NCBI GenBank assembly: GCA_964460435.1
Contig: CAYWRH010000005.1
Location: forward strand, 1,791-65,790
Length of the DNA stretch: 64,000 nucleotides
Direction of reading: 5' to 3'
Source of the DNA: an uncultured Desulfatiglans sp.
Lineage (GTDB): Bacteria; Desulfobacterota; DSM-4660; Desulfatiglandales; HGW-15
The translations under genes and the position numbers were made by a program. Every line of letters starts with the position of its first letter. Position 1 is the first letter of the stretch. Positions 27,033 to 35,574 of this stretch are shown in pieces. The notes beneath the pieces were generated by a model. It ran no database searches, had not been told where the DNA came from, and worked only from the letters and a program-made list of their open reading frames with translations.

Positions 27033-27123
27033 CCCTGATTGTTGAATGGTTTAATGCAATTTACAGGGGAATATAACATGCCGCTCTTTTTTAATCAATG
27101 CGGTTCATGCTGAAATAGAGGCA

Positions 27124-28929
27124 TCATGAAAAGTCTTCATGCTGAAAAAGATACCCTCTTGCCTTTAGTAATGCAGATAAAGAAAAGATAATAGGGTATA
27201 GCCTTTCATGATACCATAACCTTGCAAAATAAAGGCCTATTGGGCTTGGGGGCAGTGTTTCATGGCTGTTAACTCTTTCAATCAATGCCTCTGATCCATT
27301 CAAGAGCGCCTTTTTGAGAGCATCAGCCAGATTATCGGATAGACCATCAATAGCAGCGCAGCCGGAAATGGCATCAAGGGCAAGGGCGGTTTCTTCAATT
27401 GTGCCTGGCGCATCCTTGTCTCCTCCCCATGTGCCATTTTCCTTTTGAACCTTGATCAGCCATTTAAGGCCTTTAACAAGTGATCCTTTCATGGGGGAAA
27501 ATTCATCTGATTTCATGAGGGTTAGGTGAGAAATGACCTTTGCTGTTCCATAAACAGGGTTTTCCATCCCTTTGGCATGTTCATTGCCGAACCACAGAGG
27601 CGCCCATGAGCCATCAGGCCTCTGCGCATTTTGTAAAAACCTGAAACCCTTCTGAATAGCCCTGCTCACAGACCTCTGTAATGGCTGGTTAATGCGGGGC
27701 ATCCATGAAGCCCATGCGGCAAGCGCATGGGCTGTAAGGTCTGTGGCGCTTTTGTCAAATGGAAGTCTGCCCCACCCTTTGCAGAAGGTGGGTATGCCCC
27801 CATCACTGTTCTGGAGGCCAATGAGCCATGAAACTCCCGCCTCAACTGCATCAAGGGAATATTCTGCAACAGGGTCAAGTGTCAGTATGGCCATGAGGGC
27901 GCTTGCTGTGTCATCTGCATCAGGCACTCCCCCGGGGAGATCTGTCCATGCCCATCCTCCAGGATCAGCCCCGGTATATGGATGCATCTCCCTCTGCTGC
28001 TGGTCAAGAAGCCATGTTAAAATGGATCTTTGCATAGCTTCACTGATATTGTCTTTCTTTAACGCCCGGACAGCCATTGTGGAGACCCAGGTGGAAAGAT
28101 TTGTGTCTATAGGCCAGCTCCCGTCTTTTCGCTGGCTGTGAAGCAAAAAATTAACCCCCTTTTTTGTAACAATGTGCCCTCTGTGTCCGCAGCCCGCAAG
28201 GCTCATGACAACAAAGCTGGTCAGGGGCGTAGCCTCCAGAAAGCCACCGTTCTCAGGCTGGATTTTTGTCAGGACATTAAGCGATTTAGAAAGCGCCAGT
28301 CTGCGGATGCACCTCTGAACTGGATTACAGGGCGGGCGATGAAAAAATATAGCCTGGCCTATTGCGATAAGCGCTGGAAGGGCATAGCTTACAACAGGCA
28401 GATTAAGCCATTTGAACCATTGCCTGGGAAGAGCCGCAAGTTCAAAGGGAAGGCCATGAAGCTGCTTCCACCCATCCACCCCCAGTCTGCCAGCAAGGGC
28501 ACACATTGTGAGAATAGGAATGGAGAATGTCCTGTCAGGGCCATATGCTGTTAATATTGATCTAACAATATCATCCGGATCAATGGAACCTGCGATGCTG
28601 CATATATATTTTTCGCAGGCATCAAGGGAATCCTTTTTGGGTGATGCAACTGTCATGGCGCTGTAAACAAGAAGGGTGGTGCTCAGGTTGCTTTTGCTTA
28701 TAGTTGTATCGCCCCATCCTCCATCAGGGTTCTGGTTTTTTATGAGCCAGCTTAGGCCCGAATCAATATTTGACTCATAGGCCTTTTTATCCGCGGAGGC
28801 CAACGCAAAAAGTGCGGTAGCTGTGGAAAGGGCGCTGCTGCTCAACTCTCCGCTCCAGTAACCTTTATCATTGCTTTCGGCGATGAGCATCTGTTTTAGC
28901 CTAATAATGGTAGAGTCAATATCTGTCAT
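27124..28929 (-). CDS. squalene-hopene-cyclase-like class II terpene cyclase
   Basis: DADDTA matches the DxDDTA protonation motif. At least five QW-type repeats are present (QNPDGGWG, QRKDGSWP, QNSDGGIP, QRPDGSWAP, QKENGTWGG). The N-terminal GYWSGEL is as in SHC. Confidence 0.75.
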   Translation of the reverse strand: MTDIDSTIIRLKQMLIAESNDKGYWSGELSSSALSTATALFALASADKKAYESNIDSGLSWLIKNQNPDGGWGDTTISKSNLSTTLLVYSAMTVASPKKDSLDACEKYICSIAGSIDPDDIVRSILTAYGPDRTFSIPILTMCALAGRLGVDGWKQLHGLPFELAALPRQWFKWLNLPVVSYALPALIAIGQAIFFHRPPCNPVQRCIRRLALSKSLNVLTKIQPENGGFLEATPLTSFVVMSLAGCGHRGHIVTKKGVNFLLHSQRKDGSWPIDTNLSTWVSTMAVRALKKDNISEAMQRSILTWLLDQQQREMHPYTGADPGGWAWTDLPGGVPDADDTASALMAILTLDPVAEYSLDAVEAGVSWLIGLQNSDGGIPTFCKGWGRLPFDKSATDLTAHALAAWASWMPRINQPLQRSVSRAIQKGFRFLQNAQRPDGSWAPLWFGNEHAKGMENPVYGTAKVISHLTLMKSDEFSPMKGSLVKGLKWLIKVQKENGTWGGDKDAPGTIEETALALDAISGCAAIDGLSDNLADALKKALLNGSEALIERVNSHETLPPSPIGLYFARLWYHERLYPIIFSLSALLKARGYLFQHEDFS

Positions 28930-29831
28930 GGAATATCCGCAAGATAACCCAAGGCAAGAAGCCCGTAATAGGTATATTCACAATCCACTATGGGATCAGC
29001 CCAGTTCCCGCTGAATCCGCCCTTTTGATTCCACAGGCTGTCAAGAAAATCAAGATGCAGTTCGCGCCGGATCTTTTTAGTGTTGCTGTATGAAAGGGCT
29101 TGAAGGGCGGTTGCAGTGCTTAATAGATCAGGCATATTTAAGGGGCTGTCACTTTTAAAGGCGCAGAAGCCCCCGTTTTTACTTTGACGGTTCATCAACC
29201 ATTCGTGAGCCCTTTCAGGCAAAGGGTAAGAAAGCATATGATACGAACAGATGGCGGCTGCTGTTGAAGGGGTGGTTGATATTCCCCCGGCCTCTTCATT
29301 TGCAAAGCCGCCATCATCCATTTCAAGCCTTTTAATGCAGTTAATAATCGGTTCAGTATCAGACAGGGCAATATCAATATCCTGGCATATGGCAAGGGTG
29401 AGAAAGGCGCCGTAGAGATTGCCATTATTATCAGATCGACTGGTGCTGAAGCCCCCGTCAGCACACCTGAGCATATCAAGCCGTCTTTTCACCCCCTCCT
29501 TTATGCCGGAGTCAACAGGATAGGGTGAAATATCAGCCAGATTTCTGTATGAGCGTGCGAGGCTATAAAGATGAACAAGGTCAAGTTCGCTAATGTTGTC
29601 AAAGCTGTCAAGGTATCTTTTAAAAAGATCAACAGGCAGGCTGCATCCAAGGGAAATAGCCAGTTCAATACCAAATGCAGTATAGTAAAGATCGCTTTTA
29701 TTGTCACGGCCCAAAAAACCCCCGTCCGCACATATCTGGTTCATCACATACCTCCTCACAAGGTCTGTGGATTTATTGAGCAGTTCCGGGGCCCTGGTTA
29801 GGGCCTGAAGCATCTTGTGTCTTAATGTCAT
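28926..29831 (-). CDS. prenyltransferase beta-subunit-like (PFTB-repeat, alpha-alpha toroid) protein
   Basis: Five (D/N/K)GGF repeats are present (ADGGF, ADGGF, DDGGF, KNGGF, QKGGF). The stop overlaps the cyclase start in an ATGA arrangement. The true start may be internal (about 29747), because the listed start overlaps the upstream gene by 59 nt. Confidence 0.6.
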   Translation of the reverse strand: MTLRHKMLQALTRAPELLNKSTDLVRRYVMNQICADGGFLGRDNKSDLYYTAFGIELAISLGCSLPVDLFKRYLDSFDNISELDLVHLYSLARSYRNLADISPYPVDSGIKEGVKRRLDMLRCADGGFSTSRSDNNGNLYGAFLTLAICQDIDIALSDTEPIINCIKRLEMDDGGFANEEAGGISTTPSTAAAICSYHMLSYPLPERAHEWLMNRQSKNGGFCAFKSDSPLNMPDLLSTATALQALSYSNTKKIRRELHLDFLDSLWNQKGGFSGNWADPIVDCEYTYYGLLALGYLADIP

Positions 29832-31482
29832 TGCAACATCCCATCAAGTCAAAGTCACCAAATATTTTACTTATTACCCGGCGCAGAAGCCCTTTAAGGG
29901 CAGGGTTTTTAAGTTGTGTTATTGTATCAATCGCCCTTGTCTTTACCTCTCTCATCAGATCACGCACACCATTATCAATCTTGAGATCCCTAAAGATACT
30001 AACTATTCTGTCAAATTCATGCTCTCTCACATATTTCTCCTGCCATGCCCTCTGAAGGAGCTTACGGGCCTGGCCGCTCGCCTGTTCTGTGGCAAGGGCC
30101 GTTACAATGGAGGGACGATCAAGCAGCCGGTGCATATCCTCTTCCGGCATCAGATAGTCCTCAAGATCATCGCCTATCTGGTATGCTACGCCTATGGCCT
30201 CACTGTAATGATGAAGAGAGTCTAATGTGGAATCATCAGCGCCTGCCAGCATGGCGCCAAGGGTCAGCGCAACATCAAATGCCGGGGAGGTCTTTTTTCT
30301 GAAAATTTCGAGAACCTGGCCGGAAGAAAGGCATCCTGGGTTTCGTGACCAGACAAGCTCCTCACCCTGGCCCAGGCACATAACACGGTGTGCATGGGCA
30401 GCAATGTTAATCAATGCTGAACGCAGATCCGCACAGGTGTCGAGTTCAGAGAGTAGCTGATATCCCCAGCCGATAAGCAGATCTCCCGCGTTCAGCGCAA
30501 CAGGGACCCCGTATTCTGCATGAAGGGTTTTTTTGCCATAGCGTATCTTATCGTCATCTTCTATGTCATCATGGATAAGCGATGCCTTGTGAAAACATTC
30601 CACTGCCACAGCCAGTTTTTGTATGTTTGACTCAGGGATTTTCCTGTGAGGATCAAGGGCAGAAATGGCGCAGGCTGCCAGAAATGGCCGCCACCTTTTT
30701 CCCTTAAGCGCCATCCATTCTATTGCAAGCGCCTCTGTCTGCGTGCCTTCAGGCTTTATAAGCAATTCCAGCGCCTCGCTTATGAACCATGCGTTAACCC
30801 TGGCGTATTCCTTTTTAAGATCAAGCCGCGGTATTAAAGGATTATCGGATATTTCATAAACAGCCTCCCACAGCCAGTCTGTATCTATTGCCGTGTCTTT
30901 ACACCCGTCATAGAGCAGGGGAACAGCTATTCCTGGCACAGCGCCAGCCTCCATGTATGGAAAGACCTTTTCAAGCGTTGCGAGGCAGCTTACCCCTATA
31001 ACCGCCTCGATTCTGCCTGTTTCAATAAGAGACATAACGATTGGAGAACCCTCGGCAATAAGCACAGCATACCCAAGCTCCTCTGCCTGTCGCTTAAAAT
31101 CATGTATGATGCATGACCCGCAGTGTTCACACAGAAGGCCGATCTCATCTGTCTGTGCCCCGCAGTTTATTGAAGAACTAAGGCACTTTGGCATGAGCAA
31201 TAGACGCTTGCTATACGGGGTTGCCGCAACTGTTTCACGCCACAGTGCATTGTTAATAAGGACAGCGGCAAAGTCTGCATATTGGATTGGCAGGTTATTC
31301 TCCTTAAGCACGCCTGTCGCATGATATTTAAGTTCATTGATCCCAAGCGGGGCGCAGAGTTCATTTTTCTGTACATATTCAGTTATTAACTGACGCAGAT
31401 CCTCCCGCTCCTTCAGGGTGGGCGGCACCTCTTTCTGGGTTGGATGAATGTTGTATATTGATGCAGGGACAAATTGGTTCAT
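29773..31482 (-). CDS. DUF116-like Cys-rich domain fused to a trans-polyprenyl diphosphate synthase
   Basis: The N-terminal half (LLLMPKCL...CEHCGSC...IGVSC) resembles DUF116. The C-terminal half has the FARM motif LIHDDIEDDD and the SARM motif GDDLED. The start at 31482 forms an ATGA overlap with the radical SAM stop, and the listed start at 31509 is less likely. Confidence 0.75.
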   Translation of the reverse strand: MNQFVPASIYNIHPTQKEVPPTLKEREDLRQLITEYVQKNELCAPLGINELKYHATGVLKENNLPIQYADFAAVLINNALWRETVAATPYSKRLLLMPKCLSSSINCGAQTDEIGLLCEHCGSCIIHDFKRQAEELGYAVLIAEGSPIVMSLIETGRIEAVIGVSCLATLEKVFPYMEAGAVPGIAVPLLYDGCKDTAIDTDWLWEAVYEISDNPLIPRLDLKKEYARVNAWFISEALELLIKPEGTQTEALAIEWMALKGKRWRPFLAACAISALDPHRKIPESNIQKLAVAVECFHKASLIHDDIEDDDKIRYGKKTLHAEYGVPVALNAGDLLIGWGYQLLSELDTCADLRSALINIAAHAHRVMCLGQGEELVWSRNPGCLSSGQVLEIFRKKTSPAFDVALTLGAMLAGADDSTLDSLHHYSEAIGVAYQIGDDLEDYLMPEEDMHRLLDRPSIVTALATEQASGQARKLLQRAWQEKYVREHEFDRIVSIFRDLKIDNGVRDLMREVKTRAIDTITQLKNPALKGLLRRVISKIFGDFDLMGCCNDIKTQDASGPNQGPGTAQ

Positions 31483-33050
31483 ACCCTTTCCTCCATTCTG
31501 CCAGAGCAACCTTTTTCAGCATATGGCTGCATCTTTCCTGCCATCCTGCGGAATGCCATCCTCCAGTTTGCTATCTCTGCCCGGCCCATTACCTGCAGGG
31601 TCATGCGCTTCAGTAAAGATACCCCCCCGGCACGCTCATTGTCCCACATGAGTCTTGGAACCCGCCTGAAATTTATTTCATAGCAGGTACGGTATAACTC
31701 AAGATGATCAGCACGCATATTTTTGATGGAAAAATTGCCGGTAGCAAAAATATCCTCTTCAAGGATCGGTTCATAAAATACAGGGAAAACCACAAGCTCC
31801 TGGCCTTCAAATCCCTTTACCAGTCTGAGTGTATCAGCAACATCAGAGGGCTCTTCACCAGGCAGACCGAGAATAATACTTATTACCGGAAAAAAGCCGG
31901 TACGGGTCAACCTGCCAACTGCCTCGCCTGCCATTTCAGGCCAGTCATCAGGAGAAAAGGGGGCTATCTTTCCGGGGCTGTTGGCTGCCACCAGCCTGCC
32001 GTTTGCGCTTTCAACGCCCATGTTTACCCATAGATAGCGGGCCGGTTTTTCCCATGTTAAAAGATGCCTTATCTCCCTTAATTCCTTTTCGTCAAGCTGC
32101 AGCACACTTGTGACATTGGCGTGATCTATCTGCATAAAAGAAAGACCCTTTAGCTGTTTCATCTGTGTGAGCAGAGCAGCAAGGGCATTGAAGTCAGGCC
32201 TTAATGAAGAAGAGCCGTAACGGAAAAAATCCTCGCTACCGCTTACTACTGACCTTACTCCTGCTGCGAGGTTTGTCTCAAGGTCGGCCATGATGAGATC
32301 ATTAGAAAGATGTCTCATTCCCTTATGGGCCATGCTGCAGAAGCGGCATCCCCGGCCGCAGCCCCTTGAGAGTTCAATGATCCCCATCATTGATGCGCCG
32401 CATATGGGCTGAATCCTGTGTGCCCCTGTTCCATCTGCAATAACCTGATGGTCTGCAAATCTGCCTTCGAGCAGATCAATGACAAGCTCAGGCCCTTTAT
32501 CCTCAAAATATCCCTCATATATGATATCAATGCCAAGTTCAGCCGCTTCATCCGGGTAGGCTAGAACTTGCCATGCACCTGTCCCACCAAAGAGAACCTT
32601 AAACGGGTAGCGTTCCTTTTCTGCCCTGAGCATAAGAAGAGTTTCCCTGGTCCATTTTTTTGTATAGAGCTCACCATTCCAGAATGCGCTTGTGGTTGTA
32701 TTGCTCATGCCGTGACCGAGCGGATCACTTGAGCTGAAAAGCACAAGCTTTACCCATGGCCCTAATAGATCAGGCAGCCGTTCCGGTGTGGTGCATACCA
32801 CATCGTCAGCATCAAGGCCTGCGGAGGCACGAAGGGAAGATTCAATACGGCGAAGCCCGAGAGGGGCTGTATGGGCACGCCCCTGCGCATCGGTGTGTAC
32901 CTTTGGACTCAATAAGTGGCGCATCAGCGGCCCTGGAACCTGCGTGGTCTGCATGGTGGCAAAGATGCCTTCGAACAGGATGCTGTAGGATGCAGAAAGG
33001 GTGCGGTCTGCAACCAGGATAACAGAGGGTTTTAAGGCGCTTTTATTCAT
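31479..33050 (-). CDS. radical SAM protein with N-terminal B12-binding-like domain
   Basis: The motif CGRGCRFC (CxxxCxxC) is preceded by a Rossmann-like N-terminal domain. At 523 aa its size and architecture match class B radical SAM enzymes. Confidence 0.8.
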   Translation of the reverse strand: MNKSALKPSVILVADRTLSASYSILFEGIFATMQTTQVPGPLMRHLLSPKVHTDAQGRAHTAPLGLRRIESSLRASAGLDADDVVCTTPERLPDLLGPWVKLVLFSSSDPLGHGMSNTTTSAFWNGELYTKKWTRETLLMLRAEKERYPFKVLFGGTGAWQVLAYPDEAAELGIDIIYEGYFEDKGPELVIDLLEGRFADHQVIADGTGAHRIQPICGASMMGIIELSRGCGRGCRFCSMAHKGMRHLSNDLIMADLETNLAAGVRSVVSGSEDFFRYGSSSLRPDFNALAALLTQMKQLKGLSFMQIDHANVTSVLQLDEKELREIRHLLTWEKPARYLWVNMGVESANGRLVAANSPGKIAPFSPDDWPEMAGEAVGRLTRTGFFPVISIILGLPGEEPSDVADTLRLVKGFEGQELVVFPVFYEPILEEDIFATGNFSIKNMRADHLELYRTCYEINFRRVPRLMWDNERAGGVSLLKRMTLQVMGRAEIANWRMAFRRMAGKMQPYAEKGCSGRMEERV

Positions 33051-33897
33051 CCATTTTCCCGCCCGAAGAGGCCTTTTTATGAATACGGTCTAGATCGGCA
33101 GGCGAGAGCGCCTGCAATACATCCATGGGGATATCGAGCTGTTTGTGCAGCATTTCAAGCATATTTGCCTTAGGCCCTGGTTCAGGAGAAAAACGCTCAC
33201 CCCGGCTGCTTCTGTTACGCAGCATGGCATAGATATCCTTTTCCTGCAAAAGATCAATCCTCGCCGAAGAAGGGGTGATCTTTGATTCATCAATTTCATC
33301 CCCGTTTATGGGCGATTGATTTATCTTTGGAAAAATAATTGCCCTTGCCGGACAGACACGGGCGCATGCAGGGCAGTTGTTTTTGCAGTTATCAGGCTGT
33401 GAAACCCTGACATCTCCATCATCATCAACAGAGTAAACGCCAAAGAGACAGAAGTTAAAGCAGAGCTTGCAGCGCCGGCAGCGCCTCATGTCTATTACAG
33501 GGAACCAGGGTTCCTGCCTGCCGCTGTGTTTAATAAAATCCATTTTCCGGCCAGACTCAACTGAATTGCGCTCTTTTACGGCATCCATAATCTTTTCAGG
33601 TGAAAGGGAGCGGCAGTTAAGAATCCTTACAGAACAATCAAGCGGAAGAGGTGCTTCTGCCATATCAAACAGGGAGCGTATGGCCCTCTCATAACAGGCG
33701 ATGATAGTAAGTTCAGGGCACTGCGCCCATTCCCTCAATAAAGGGTCATGCCGGGCTGCCAGCCCGCACAGATCATCAACTGCGATGACTTCTAAACCGG
33801 ATTGACCGAGATTCTGCAATATGTATTCACAGGATTCTTTTGAAACAAGCTCCCTGTGAATGCATCTGCAGTATATTACCAAATCCTTTCCGGACAT
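33043..33897 (-). CDS. 4Fe-4S dicluster ferredoxin-domain protein
   Basis: Cluster motifs CRRCKLCFNFC and CKNNCPACARVCP are present. The stop overlaps the radical SAM start. Confidence 0.7.
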   Translation of the reverse strand: MSGKDLVIYCRCIHRELVSKESCEYILQNLGQSGLEVIAVDDLCGLAARHDPLLREWAQCPELTIIACYERAIRSLFDMAEAPLPLDCSVRILNCRSLSPEKIMDAVKERNSVESGRKMDFIKHSGRQEPWFPVIDMRRCRRCKLCFNFCLFGVYSVDDDGDVRVSQPDNCKNNCPACARVCPARAIIFPKINQSPINGDEIDESKITPSSARIDLLQEKDIYAMLRNRSSRGERFSPEPGPKANMLEMLHKQLDIPMDVLQALSPADLDRIHKKASSGGKMDE

Positions 33898-33999
33898 ATT
33901 ATATCACCACCATAAAGACGGCTGGATTTCACGGACAGGCCGTGGAATGACAATTTTTACTCCTGTCTGTTCTTTCCTGTATTCTCTTTTTTTTTTAAC

Positions 34000-34089
34000 C
34001 TGCGCCCTGAACCATGAGCCTTGTGCCTTGAGCCCTTTACCTGTTTTTTAACCCTCGAACCCTGGAATCCTCGACCCCTTGAACCCCTA
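34000..34089. repeat. two adjacent degenerate tandem repeats (7-bp x6, then 8-bp x5) directly 3' of the minus-strand stop
   Basis: The 7-mers at 34000-34041 are ctgcgcc ctgaacc atgagcc ttgtgcc ttgagcc ctttacc. The 8-mers at 34050-34089 are aaccctcg aaccctgg aatcctcg accccttg aaccccta. A T10 run lies at 33987-33996. Confidence 0.6.
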
Positions 34090-35385
34090 TTTTAAAACCA
34101 CACACTTCATCTGCTTCTGGTCCCTTATAATAAGTTTTCCGTCACTCAATGCAAGCGGCGCCCATGACTGTTTTGTATCAAGCAGTTCAGCCTTCGCAAG
34201 CACCCTGAATTCTGTGGGGTCTGGCTCAATAAGGTATAATGTCTTTTCTCCGTCGCTGCTTATTATTATATCGTCGGCAAGTATATACCCGCCCTTGTCA
34301 AAGCCGGGTTTTCTTTTGGTCTTCCATTTAATATTGCCTGAAAGATCCATGCAGCAAAGGCCATCCTTCGTGGAGTTGTCACTGCATTGGCTGTATAGAT
34401 GCCCTTTATAAAAAATTGCAGGGTGAACATGGGAGATGAACTCTTTTGTAGCCATTGCCTCATTTACCTTATAGGAACCGCCTTTTTTATCGATCTGCAG
34501 AAGGACTGACCCTGCATTATACCCTCCTGTAATAAAAATCTGGCTGTTACTGACCTGTGTGGCATTGGGAACTGGAATACCGCACTGCCAGCCTTCATAT
34601 GTCCATAAAAGGGCGCCGTTTTTAGGGTTATATCCAAGGACAGCCCCCTTGACAGAGCCGTCACGGCTGCTGGCAGTTATCATGATCAGATGATCTTCTC
34701 CTGAAATTTTTGCTATGGAGGGCGAAACATAACATGCCTCTCCTTTAAGTTTACCTGTTTTCCAGATAATGTTTCCGTTCTCTTTGTCATATGCAACCAG
34801 ACCTGTCTCTTTGGTCTGCGAAGCAACTATTACCATGTTCTTATAGACAAGGGGATTCTGGGCAATGGCCCATGTAGGATACTCACGACCGCCAAAATCG
34901 GTCCAGATATTTTTATTCCAGAGTGGCTTACGGGTATTTATGTCCAGACAGTAAAAGTTGCCGAAAAGGTCACAGATGTATATCCTGCTGCCATCAATAG
35001 TGGGTGTTGACCTTGTGCCGTCATTGCTGACCGACCCCGGCGCCTCATTGGTGAATTGCCACTCCTCCTCTCCTGTCATGAGATCAAGGCAGCGGAGAAT
35101 GTTTGTCCTGTCTTCAACACGGTCATAAACATATACCTTGCCCTTGCTTATTGCTGCCCCTCCAAACCCTTCGCCAAGTGGGATTGTCCACAACACCTTT
35201 GGCCCTTCGGCAGGCCAGGAGCGTAACAGACCCTTTTCATTGGATACGCCGTTTCTGTCTGGGCCAAGGTACTGGGGCCAGTCAGAGGCAGAAACCTGAT
35301 TAAAGACAAAAAGGATAAAAACAGAGACAACCATTGCTATCTTTTTCATAAAGGCTCCTTTCACTAAGTCCTTCAAATTAACCAT
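34087..35385 (-). CDS. PQQ/BamB-like beta-propeller repeat protein, secreted
   Basis: A signal peptide is followed by WPQYLGPDRNG and repeated blade motifs of the type 'VY...dg.l.clD..tGe..W'. It is a paralogue of 42374-43780. Confidence 0.7.
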   Translation of the reverse strand: MVNLKDLVKGAFMKKIAMVVSVFILFVFNQVSASDWPQYLGPDRNGVSNEKGLLRSWPAEGPKVLWTIPLGEGFGGAAISKGKVYVYDRVEDRTNILRCLDLMTGEEEWQFTNEAPGSVSNDGTRSTPTIDGSRIYICDLFGNFYCLDINTRKPLWNKNIWTDFGGREYPTWAIAQNPLVYKNMVIVASQTKETGLVAYDKENGNIIWKTGKLKGEACYVSPSIAKISGEDHLIMITASSRDGSVKGAVLGYNPKNGALLWTYEGWQCGIPVPNATQVSNSQIFITGGYNAGSVLLQIDKKGGSYKVNEAMATKEFISHVHPAIFYKGHLYSQCSDNSTKDGLCCMDLSGNIKWKTKRKPGFDKGGYILADDIIISSDGEKTLYLIEPDPTEFRVLAKAELLDTKQSWAPLALSDGKLIIRDQKQMKCVVLK

Positions 35386-35574
35386 GGCCGGAATTTACCA
35401 TATTGTTGTTTTATTGTTCAATATTATTCGGGCCTCTTCATTTACATATATGTTTATGGTGAAACCATGATAATTATCTCTATATATACGATTTTTGTTG
35501 AATATTTTAATCGCAGTCCTTAACTTGTTAGAAATTAAAAAAATCATCTACCAGAACAGCTTTTTGAGGGTTTT

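Noticed and set aside
25665-27045. Long antisense ORFs opposite motif-bearing genes: 25665-26195(-) and 26575-27045(+). Similar cases are 19510-19995(-), 40713-41165(-), 42644-43156(-), 50229-50720(-) and 52668-53132(+).
   Set aside because: All are fully embedded antisense to genes with clear family motifs. They have Ser/Leu/Pro/Arg-rich compositions typical of shadow ORFs and no recognisable motifs.
27124-28929. Naming the cyclase shc (bona fide hopene synthase)
   Set aside because: The motifs support a class II SHC-like cyclase. However, the protein is shorter than typical SHC, no squalene synthase or hpn genes are adjacent, and the substrate cannot be inferred from motifs alone.
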